A stretch of DNA of 12,605 bases from Histomonas meleagridis 2922-C6/04-290x (taxonomy: Eukaryota; Protista; Parabasalia): NCBI GenBank assembly GCA_020184695.1, contig JAANOX010000110.1, positions 1 through 12,605 on the forward strand, written 5' to 3'. The notes beneath the pieces are model-generated. The model ran no database searches. It had not been told where the DNA came from and saw nothing but the letters and a program-made list of their open reading frames with translations. Below, one piece after another: positions 1-7,916 of this stretch (its first letter is position 1; each line of letters opens with the position of its first letter). Made by a program: the position numbers and the translations under genes.

Positions 1-41
1 GCTCAATAAAATCAAGCAAGAAACATAAAATATATTTTCAA

Positions 42-44
<3 letters not shown>

Positions 45-79
<35 letters not shown>
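45..79. repeat. (TA)17 microsatellite
   Basis: Uninterrupted TA dinucleotide run read directly from the sequence. Confidence 0.97.
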
Positions 80-81
<2 letters not shown>

Positions 82-138
82 CATTGTATAATGATTTTCC
101 AAGTGAATTTGAATCTGAATAAGTAAAATCACCAGGCT

Positions 139-327
139 TAAAGAACAGATATCAATCCGAAATTCATTATTAATAAAATGTGTTCAATTGTGATATGTTT
201 TGACATATCCGTATTTTTGTATTGGAAATATTTCATTTTATTTTTCAGCAAAAGCACGACAATCACATCCTTCTATTGCAATATCAATATCATTATTTTA
301 TTTACCCAAATTTTTTCTCAATAAATC
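139..327 (-). pseudogene. Degraded fragment resembling the head domain of a CCA-adding enzyme / poly(A) polymerase-type nucleotidyltransferase
   Basis: Manual minus-strand translation gives DLLRKNLGK*NNDIDIAIEGCDCRAFAEK*NEIFPIQKYGYVKTYHN*THFINNEFRIDICSL. This resembles the (V)RDxLLGKxxxDIDIA...FA...IDxxxL pattern of class II nucleotidyltransferases. It has three in-frame stops and no GG motif or start codon. Confidence 0.45.
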
Positions 328-693
328 AATAATATTTTCAGTATCTATTAATATTAATACTATATATTAAACTCAACTTGCGATAATTATTAATATACTC
401 ATTTAATTTATGTCACTATTATCTTGGATAAAGATATTTCAAATAATATTTCAAAATAATTGATAAAGTACTTGAAATTTAATTATTCATAATTTATGAA
501 TTTAATGAATATATAGATGATATCATGATTTTCGGAAAGCATTATGATGTACCTATGTAACCTTATAAATAATTTTCTAAATATTTTTAGTAGAATTAAA
601 TATGTTTTATATATCTTAAGACAAACGATACAACTAACTTCTGAAATCTAATACTTATGATAATTTCTATTATCTATCATCACAATTCATTGC

Positions 694-1354
694 TCACATG
701 TTTTTTGTATCTGATTCGAATTTATTGATACTTTTCATTAATATGAAAGAAGTTTTCAAAAAATTATTTGTTATTCTGTGTAATGGTATTAATTCTTGTA
801 TAGTTTTAGGTTTCCCATTTTTAAAATCATTTTCTACTTCTTTTGCAAATATTTTATGAAGTAATATTCTTAAAGGTGTATATTTTAGAATAATAGATTT
901 ATAATAGTTATAATATTCATTTAATGTATATAAACCTATATGTCCATCAATATAATCTATATTATATTTTTTAATAATATCATTAATTAATTTTTTAAAT
1001 TCATCAAAATCTAATTTTGTATTAATTTGAGTTTTTTTAAAAGAAATTTATAATAAAACTATTAATAATGATTTGATAATATTCTATCATAGACTTAAAT
1101 TGAATTTTATATGTTGGTGATATTGGAACCCCATTTCTAACAGATTTTGTTGCACCATTCATTAGTTTTAAAAAATTATTTAATGATAAATCAAATTTCA
1201 GATTACGAAAAATCACTCTTAAATTTTGCATTAAAAATTCGTAAAAAGAAGGCCCTTTCTCAGGTCCTTTATCATTAAGTAGAGCTAATCGTCGTACTTC
1301 ATCTAATGGAGATTTATTGATGATAGGTTCTTTTTTTGGTTCACGTTCTTCCAT
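694..1354 (-). pseudogene. Hypothetical ~220-aa protein split by a 1-nt frameshift near the T7 run at 1032-1038
   Basis: The 105-aa ORF (1037-1354) is followed in a shifted frame by a stop-free stretch KKTQINTKLDFDEFKKLINDIIKKYNIDYIDGHIG...FESDTKNM* ending at TGA 696-694. No recognisable family. Confidence 0.55.
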
Positions 1355-1389
1355 TCTAAAAAAAATAAAAATGAAATAAAATATTTTTT

Positions 1390-3038
1390 TTATTCTTTAA
1401 ATATACTTAATAAATGTTCATCTATTTTACCTGTTATTTTACCAACTATTGAATTTAATATTTTAGTAGTTATTACTAAATCATCTGATAATTTATTACC
1501 ATCAAATAATACTACATCACCTATTTCATAGTCAGCAGTATTATTTACTCTAAAATAAAAATCTCCATGTGTAGCAAAATCAATAGTATCTTGTAAAATT
1601 TCTACTTCTCTTTTAATAACATCACCTATTGAAGCTTTATATCCAGTTTCATGTTTAGATACACAAATACCTAAATATTCTTTATAAGTACCTGTAGTTT
1701 TAACTGATGGAATACAATCAGTTGATGAAGTATTTGTAACATATTTACCTTCATTGGTTAAAGCATAAACATTACCTGTTAAAAATACTGGTGAACCAAT
1801 TTGAAATTGTGCTAAATCTTCTGAAACAGGAGCATTGTGAATAATAGTTGTATTTATTTGTGCAATACCTCCAGTTCCTTCGAATGTATTAAATGTAGTT
1901 GCGATATAATATATTGTACTAAATATATCAAGAAAAGTACCATCATTTTGTTTCTGCTGTGTTACAGATTCAAAATATAATCTTCCATATATTTTATCTG
2001 CAGTAGGTGTACATCCATAAATTCTTCATAATAATTGATATGTATTACCTGATTCTTCAATTATACTGTGAAATAAAGTTAATTTAGTAGATTCTAAACT
2101 AGTGAATTGACCAGTAGCAGATTTTATATTTCCAGTATTTACAATACCATTAGTATTTACAGAGTACATAATTTTAGAGCAATTTAAGTTATTACAACCT
2201 AATGAATCAAAAGCTGCTGAGTAATAAAAACCATCGCAACCTTTTAGTGTTGGTTTAAATTTCATAACATTCCCTTTACATTGTATTCTAAAACTATAAT
2301 CATTTTCATATCCATCACTAGTATGCATATCTATATAAGGACCTGTTTCTAAAACACCATCGTTTTTAATAACTGCAATTGAAGGAACACTAATATTTAA
2401 ATTTGAATCTGAAGGAGATGAATTTAAAGCAAAACCATTAATTGTTGAACAATGAATATCTTCTGTATTTGAACCTGTAGGAATATCTGTTAAATCATTA
2501 TAACTATGTGTATGATTTGTTGCAGCATATTTTGTATCATGATTATGATCTTTTGAAGCATACTCTTCATGTGTATGTTCTGAGGGTGGAAATTTTTCAG
2601 GTTTATTAGTTAGATCATTATAACTATGTGTATGTTCTGAAAGTGGAAATGTTTCAGGTTTATCAGTTAAATCATTATAACTATGAGTATGATCTGATGA
2701 AGAATAGTTTGTATGTTCATGATATTTTTTAGCATAAATCTCATCATGATTATGATCATTTAAAGATATTTCAGATGTATCTACATTATTAATAGTTGCA
2801 TATTGAATATTGCCATTACTTCCAAAACTTAATAATGATCCAGTTTTCGATTTAAAATCTAATGAATTAGTATTAGCAGTTATTCTCCATGTATTATCTT
2901 TATCATAATCTGCATTATTATGCATATCAATATATTGACCAACTTCTACAACACCATCTTCTTTTAATGTGATAATAGATGGAACATATAATTTTGTATC
3001 GTTTTTATACCTTTCGTAGCATTCTCAATACTAAACAT
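1390..3038 (-). pseudogene. Phage tail-fibre-like protein, copy 1 (~550 aa); frameshift near 3002 and in-frame TGA at 2026-2028
   Basis: ATG at 3038 (MFSIENATKGIK) joins by a 1-nt shift to DTKLYVPSIITLKEDGVVEVGQYIDMH, which runs into the 299-aa ORF. After the TGA the same frame stays open (RIYGCTPTAD...TIIHNAPV...DTIDFATHGDFYFRV...HLLSIFKE*) to TAA 1392-1390. It contains 7 HxH motifs and HTHSYNDLTDKP repeats typical of phage tail fibres. Confidence 0.8.
2570..2694 (-). repeat. 57-bp coding tandem repeat (~2.2 units; 19-aa HTHSYNDLTxKPExFPxSE)
   Basis: Unit starts at 2570, 2627 and 2684. A further dispersed HTHSYNDLTD copy lies near 2486-2515. Confidence 0.85.
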
Positions 3039-3060
3039 TGATAAAAAATGATTTTTTTAT

Positions 3061-3402
3061 TTAATAAATTAATAATAATTCTAACATAAAATATTCTGGT
3101 TCAATTTCTTTACCATTCATTTCTTCAAACCATATTTTAAAATTTGGTTTTCTACTTTTATACTCATATTTCTTATATTTAGTTCTATTTTCATTCGTAT
3201 AAATACAAAAATAATCTTCATAATGATCACGTTCAATGAAATCAGCATGCATTGAAACATCAGAAACTAAATATTCCTTAAATTTACACTTACATTGTTG
3301 TACTACTATATATCTAGGATTTTGAGAATCCACATATTCAGGGGGAAATCTATTTTCTTTGAAAGAAGTACAAAAATATGTTTTAGTTGCTGGTTTGTTC
3401 AT
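3061..3402 (-). CDS. Small conserved element-associated hypothetical protein (113 aa), full-length copy
   Basis: Intact ORF with a near-identical inverted paralog at 7414-7728. The motifs YIVVQQCKC, MHADFIERDHYEDYFC, KYKKYEY and FMLELLLIY resemble a multicopy trichomonad repeat-protein family (recalled, not searched). Confidence 0.8.
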   Translation of the reverse strand: MNKPATKTYFCTSFKENRFPPEYVDSQNPRYIVVQQCKCKFKEYLVSDVSMHADFIERDHYEDYFCIYTNENRTKYKKYEYKSRKPNFKIWFEEMNGKEIEPEYFMLELLLIY

Positions 3403-3475
3403 TAAGAAAAATAAATCAAAATATTATGTGAATGGAGTGGTATCCTAGCGGTCGAACTTTTTCTATACTAGTATA

Positions 3476-3614
3476 TACCGTTTTCACATCATGTTGGCCA
3501 TTTTCCGTTTCAATATGGCCAACCGTTTTCTATCGTGAATTTTAAAATTCAAGATTTGAAAAACCGAATTTTTTTTTTTGAGTAAAGCATCTTTTAAATT
3601 CTATGTTGTAAAAT
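3476..3614 (+). repeat. Left terminal inverted repeat of the Tc1-like element
   Basis: ATCATGTTGGCCATT...ATGGCCAACCGTTTT...AAACCGAATTT...AAATTCTATGTTGTAAAAT matches the reverse complement of 4753-4890 at roughly 80% by manual alignment. Confidence 0.88.
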
Positions 3615-3643
3615 AACGTATTTATTCATTATTTAAAATGTGT

Positions 3644-4668
3644 ATGCCTAGATATATATTTCGTGTCAAATATTTAGAGGTTTTAACAAAAACAATTGTA
3701 AATGGTGAAGAAGAACTCACCAAATTATGGATAATAATTTTAATTGTCCACCAATTTTAAATAGAGGAGGTCCTCATCATCAAATCGTTACTCCTGATAT
3801 GGAAGAATTTATTATAAATTATGTGGAAGAAAACAGCGCATCAACACTTCTCGAAATCAAAAATGCTTTATTAGAACACTTTGAAATACCAAATGATCAA
3901 ATATCTTTATCTACGATTCACTGTCATTTGGATGGAAATTTTGTTTTTTATAAAAAGCTTCGCTATGTTTCTGCGAATGCGAATACACCAGAAATAAACC
4001 AACAGCGAGTAAATTATTTAAATCAATTGACAAATTTATCAGAGAGTATTCAACAAATTTACATTGATGGATCAAATTTTACAATTTTGACAAGAAGAAA
4101 TATGGCAAGATCTAAATTAGGAAGAAGAGCAGTTCAATCATCATTAATCGATGGATGTAGAAAAATCAATATTTTAGCAGCTGTTTATCCAAATTATGAT
4201 TGAATATACCATGAGACTGAAACGAATAATGTTGATGCAATTCGATTTGAAGAATATTTTAAAAATTTAATTAATGATTCAAAGACGAAATATTCAAATC
4301 AAAAATTTGTCTGAATTTTATATAATTATTCAATTCATCGACAATATGAACTACTTAAATTATGCCAAGAAGCTCAGTTCGTACTTTTATTCCTACCACC
4401 ATATTCCCCATATCTTATTCCAATTGAAAGATGTATTAGTCAAATTAAACCATATGTAAAAAGATATTTACAAGAAAAAAATCAAATTCTTCTAGGTACA
4501 ATTAATCTTCCTTTTGGGAAAAAAACAGTTGTTCGGTTTCAGATTCTCGAAGTAGCAATTAATGATGCAATTCAAAATGTTACAAGGGAAAATGTACAAA
4601 ATTATATGTATTATTCATACAAATTTTATCCCATGATATTTCAAATGATACCAATCATTATTGAATAA
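3644..4668 (+). pseudogene. DD34E transposase pseudogene (IS630/Tc1 type)
   Basis: N-terminus MPRYIFR... (3644) frameshifts near 3720 into the 158-aa ORF (HTH-like TLLEIKNALLEHF...ISLSTIH, then YIDGSNF). The same frame continues through TGA 4201-4203 and TGA 4312-4314 to FV*ILYNYSIH...LLFLPPYSPYLIPIE...IIIE* (TAA 4666-4668). The second catalytic D reads Y, and 34 residues separate it from the E. Confidence 0.9.
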
Positions 4669-4752
4669 ATACCCTGTTTGATTATTTATATTATTTTATA
4701 GTAAAAATTAGAATGTACATATAAGAAATATCGATATTTCTTAGAACACAAC

Positions 4753-4890
4753 ATTTTACAACATAGAATTTAATAAATGCTAAACTCAAAAAAGAAATTC
4801 GGTTTATTAATTCTTAAATTTTTAGTTTTACAATAAAAAACGGTTGGCCATCTTGAAACGAATAATGGCCAACATGATTTAGAAATGATA
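4753..4890 (-). repeat. Right terminal inverted repeat of the Tc1-like element
   Basis: Reverse-complement match to 3476-3614. Confidence 0.88.
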
Positions 4891-4946
4891 TAGAGATATT
4901 CAATTTGTGGAAATTTCGCTCTCAAATTTTTATCGTAGTGGTCACA

Positions 4947-5088
4947 CTATATGAAAAGTGACACAAAAGTATTATCGTTGCTTTCAAAAAGTTTACAGTT
5001 CATTCAATTTTCGATGCGTATTCAATTTTCCAAACGAATTGTATGTCTCACAAAGCACATTTTGATTTTTGTAGCGAACGGAGCGAGC
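4947..5088 (-). repeat. Conserved non-coding element block, copy A (inverted relative to 7111-7264)
   Basis: Reverse complement reads GCTCGCTCCGTTCGCTACAAAAATCAAAATGTGCTTTGTGAGACATACAATTCG...CACTTTTCATATAG. It aligns without gaps to 7147-7264 at about 75% over ~118 nt and shares the GCTC motif. Confidence 0.85.
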
Positions 5089-5544
5089 TGATGGTGGGGT
5101 CTGAATCTATGATTTTTTTGATTGAATCTTACGGTATTCAGAGATATGACGAAAAATCTAATAAATATAATTCTTAGCCCTTCATATCCAGTTCATCATT
5201 TTCATTAAAAATGTTTTTTGGCTGATTTTGCTTTTTTTTTTTTTATTGTGAGTAGATAAAAAGTAACAAAAATTTAATTGAGTAGTTTATGCGAATGGAT
5301 TAAGGGTCCCTTTAATCGTTTTTCATTCAAATCCAATTGTCACCTATCTCAAAAAGTTGAGAAATTTCTCAAAATATGAATTTCTTGTTAAAAAATTGAT
5401 TTTGGCCATATGCATTAATTCAAATAATCCATACTATAGTGGTGGGATATATTTCTTTATTTATATCAAAATCTGTAAGAGAACTTCTATCCGGACAAGT
5501 CCTTGGTGAAAACTGATTTTAATTCAATAAACTTAATAAACCAT

Positions 5545-5549
5545 TCATT
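5545..5549 (+). promoter_or_regulatory. Putative trichomonad initiator (Inr) element TCATT
   Basis: Matches the TCA(+1)Py(T/A) consensus 21-25 nt upstream of the ATG at 5570, the usual position in Trichomonas genes. The motif is short and could occur by chance. Confidence 0.5.
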
Positions 5550-5569
5550 TCAAAATCAAACTTTCCCAT

Positions 5570-6538
5570 ATGGGGAGCCACAAAATAAGTTCTGATGAGG
5601 AGCAACGCGAATTCAAGCGTTCTAATTCAAAGCCACTCATTTCTAGTTCACCTAGCGAACAAGTCATCCCCAAGAAAGCTACACTTTACCAAGTCAAATC
5701 ATCGTTATTATCAACTCGATCTCTATTTATTTCTGCATTCCTTACCATATCACTAATTACCACATGCTTTGCAAATGTTTACATGGGTTCAAGAGTTGTT
5801 AATATGAAATCTCTTCCTGATGTGATAGCAGATTTAGCTCCTTCATTTGCCCTTTACCGTTCCTCAGGATTTCTTACATATTTTGGAGTTCCTGGTATTA
5901 TCACCATCATATTAATATCTTCTTGTGTTTATTACACATATAATTGTTATAACATCTCAAATATTCGTCGGAGTCTAATGCTCTTTGGATTGTCTCTTCT
6001 TTTTAGGTCTTTGTGCTCAACATTTACCACCATTGCACCACCATGCACAGGATATGCCAATTGTAATTGCCTCATAAATTTTGGCAATATCATCAAAAAA
6101 CACTCAGTCCTTAAGATAGCTCTTGTGTACTTCTTTACGTTTGGTTATGGAACAAAGTCAATTCCATCATGCAATAATGCATTTATGTCTGCCATGTTCT
6201 CATTCCAAATGTGTTTGTTTTTACATGTATATTCGATCCAAAAGAAGACAATTTCCAAAGACAAACTTCGCGGTTTCACATTTTTGTTTTCGGTATTATT
6301 ATTCACATCTGCGGTCAGTAGCATTTTAATCAGAAATGAAAGCACAGTTAGCATAGTACTATCATTAGTTTTCACTTTGTTGGTAAATAAGTTGATGTGG
6401 TGTGATGAAGAAATGGTTAGTGTCGACTACGGCCCATTTGTTACAAGTTCATTTGGAAGATTTTTCACTTGGTTAAACGCAAATGAGCCCGAAATGAGTA
6501 TGAGAAAGTCACACGACAATTTTGGCGACAAAATATGA
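5570..6538 (+). CDS. Multi-pass membrane protein, sphingomyelin synthase / IPC synthase (PAP2-related) family-like, catalytic motifs degenerate
   Basis: Intact 322-aa ORF with about 6 hydrophobic segments. Motifs: SLPD (D1-like), IRRSLMLFGLSLLFRSLCSTFTTIAPP (D2-like), a Cys-containing luminal loop, SCNNAFMSAM at the CGDxxFSGH position, IRNESTVSIV at the xRxHYTxDV position, and a terminal GRFFTWL. Confidence 0.72.
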   Translation: MGSHKISSDEEQREFKRSNSKPLISSSPSEQVIPKKATLYQVKSSLLSTRSLFISAFLTISLITTCFANVYMGSRVVNMKSLPDVIADLAPSFALYRSSGFLTYFGVPGIITIILISSCVYYTYNCYNISNIRRSLMLFGLSLLFRSLCSTFTTIAPPCTGYANCNCLINFGNIIKKHSVLKIALVYFFTFGYGTKSIPSCNNAFMSAMFSFQMCLFLHVYSIQKKTISKDKLRGFTFLFSVLLFTSAVSSILIRNESTVSIVLSLVFTLLVNKLMWCDEEMVSVDYGPFVTSSFGRFFTWLNANEPEMSMRKSHDNFGDKI

Positions 6539-6963
6539 AAATAAAAATGTGAGTTCTGTCATAATTATAATTTTTTTCTTAAAATAATTTAATCAATCAA
6601 TGGAAGTTAATTAACTCGAATATCATTGATCTCCTTATCTATTTGGAGGAATCAAGTTTTTTATCAAATTTTCACCCAAATGACTTTCCAATATTATAAA
6701 TGCATATTGATTGAATTTTTTTTCTTGAAAACATGGAAAATAAAAAAATCCTGAATAATATGTAATGGAATCTAGAATGAATATTCAATAACAATATAAT
6801 CATAGAAAATAAATTTTGTCAGAAAATAGGAATAAAATTTTGAATTTGTTTTTTAATGACATGATTTCAGAGTGACGAACAGATTTAGTTTAAATTTTTT
6901 GGAAACCGCTGTTGTCACTTTATTGAAATACAAGTAAATTCCATGTATGGTAGGTATATAATG

Positions 6964-7014
6964 AGGTCGGGACAATTCCAGGGACCCTAGGGTCCTCGTG
7001 ATCATTCCCGACCT
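6964..7014. repeat. Nested palindrome: 9-bp outer arms with a central perfect 14-bp palindrome
   Basis: AGGTCGGGA (6964-6972) pairs with TCCCGACCT (7006-7014). GGACCCTAGGGTCC (6982-6995) is its own reverse complement. Confidence 0.88.
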
Positions 7015-7027
7015 TAAGTTTTCACTG

Positions 7028-7104
7028 GGGGGATTTCCGGGGTCTGAGGCATCCGGAGGGGTCCGAAGGGCACCTCCGGATGCCTCAGACCCCGGAAATC
7101 CCCC
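7028..7104. repeat. Perfect 32-bp GC-rich inverted repeat (hairpin/cruciform)
   Basis: GGGGGATTTCCGGGGTCTGAGGCATCCGGAGG (7028-7059) is the exact reverse complement of 7073-7104. The 13-nt spacer can fold further around CC-GAA-GG. Four more pairs (CACT/AGTG) follow a G-G mismatch. Confidence 0.96.
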
Positions 7105-7110
7105 GAGTGT

Positions 7111-7264
7111 GCTCGCTCCGCTCGCTGCTACAAAAATCACAAAAATCAAAATGATTTTTGTGAGCCATACAATTCGTCTGAAAATTTGAATGCGCATTCT
7201 ATTTTGAGGGAACGCGATACTTTTTAAAAGGAACGATGGCACTTTTATACCACTTTTCACATAA
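7111..7264 (+). repeat. Conserved non-coding element block, copy B, including a 12-bp stem hairpin (7137-7163)
   Basis: Begins GCTCGCTCCGCTCGC and is homologous to the reverse complement of 4947-5088. Contains TCACAAAAATCA-AAA-TGATTTTTGTGA. Confidence 0.85.
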
Positions 7265-7413
7265 ACCTATCAAAAACCTCGTATAACCAACACGAATTGT
7301 CCCCGGTTATGTTTGGTCGGACATTTATCCTATTCAATTTATCTTCGGTCGGAGGTTAGTAGTCAAAAAGCGACGGTTATTGTTTGGTCGCATGGCAAAC
7401 TTTATTTTTATAA

Positions 7414-7728
7414 ATGCTTAAACCTGTGACTAAAACGTATTTTTGTACTTCACAAAAAGAAAACCGTTTTCCGCCTGAATTTGTGGATTCTCAAAATCCT
7501 AGATATATAGTAGTACAACAATGTAAGTGTAAATTTAAGGAATATTTAGTTTCTGATGTTTCAATGCATGCTGATTTCATTGAACGTGATCATTATGAAG
7601 ATTATTTTTGTATTTATACGAATGAAAATAGAACTAAATATAAGAAATATGAATATAAAAGTAGAAAACCAAATTTTAAAATATGGTTTAAAAAAATGAA
7701 TGGTAAAGAAATTGAACGATTGACATAA
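7414..7728 (+). pseudogene. 3'-truncated paralog of the 113-aa element protein (104 aa)
   Basis: Homology to 3061-3402 stops abruptly after GAAATTGAAC (7717). The conserved C-terminus PEYFMLELLLIY is replaced by RLT*. Confidence 0.8.
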
Positions 7729-7916
7729 CAAGAATTCTTTTTTTATTCAAATAATATTCTTCAACGAACTAATTGGTATCTTCCGATTCATCAACTTCTT
7801 CTTGAATTATTTTAATTACATCTCGCAATCTTTTTTCCGCTTCTTTTCTTGTATCTTCTATATCTTCGATAATAAATATTCATATTCTTTCATCATTTTT
7901 TCGCACTTTGCACACT

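Larger units (their letters stand above)
3476..4890 (+). mobile_element. Tc1/mariner-IS630 superfamily DNA transposon (~1.4 kb), defective
   Basis: Imperfect ~139-bp TIRs at both ends, TATA at both junctions (3474-3477 and 4889-4892, consistent with a TA target duplication), and an internal DDE transposase reading frame. End positions are uncertain by 2 nt. Confidence 0.9.
694..5088 (-). mobile_element. Left virus-like (Maverick/Polinton-like) element segment, decayed, reading outward from the host gene
   Basis: Order on the minus strand: conserved block (4947-5088), nested Tc1 element, small conserved gene (3061-3402), tail-fibre-like gene (1390-3038), hypothetical gene (694-1354). Genes are tightly packed and co-oriented. 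Boundaries are approximate and no core viral gene is seen. Confidence 0.55.

Noticed and set aside
483-560. YIDDIMIF peptide resembling the reverse-transcriptase YxDD motif
   Set aside because: It lies in a 25-codon frame bounded by stops with no other RT motifs nearby, so it is probably chance in AT-rich DNA.
2026-4314. Reassigned genetic code (TGA=Trp or TAA=Gln/Glu) to explain the in-frame stops
   Set aside because: The same genes use TGG for Trp and end in TAA, TAG or TGA. The internal stops align with different residues (W, G, E-like), and they co-occur with frameshifts and a catalytic D>Y change, which indicates decay.
4274-4459. 61-aa ORF inside the transposon
   Set aside because: Wrong frame. 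The transposase motifs (LPPYSP...PIE) are in the frame continuing from 3727.
5140-5163. Short direct similarity TTCAGAG..TGACGAA at about 5140 and 6865
   Set aside because: Only two 7-mers with a gap, in the opposite relative orientation to the element arms. This is insufficient to call a TSD or repeat.
5281-5286. AGTAGT hexamers (5281 and 7358) as Maverick termini
   Set aside because: Neither lies at the edge of the homologous blocks, and no 6-bp target duplication or matching TIR was found.
6123-6375. ORFs 6123-6329 (+) and 6145-6375 (-)
   Set aside because: Alternative-frame and antisense ORFs fully inside the 322-aa membrane protein gene.
6853-7260. Overlapping ORFs 6853-7260 (-) and 6998-7189 (+), both containing GGFPGSEASGG
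   Set aside because: The shared peptide results from the perfect 32-bp palindrome read on both strands. The GC-rich hairpin lacks stops by composition, and there is no other sign of coding.
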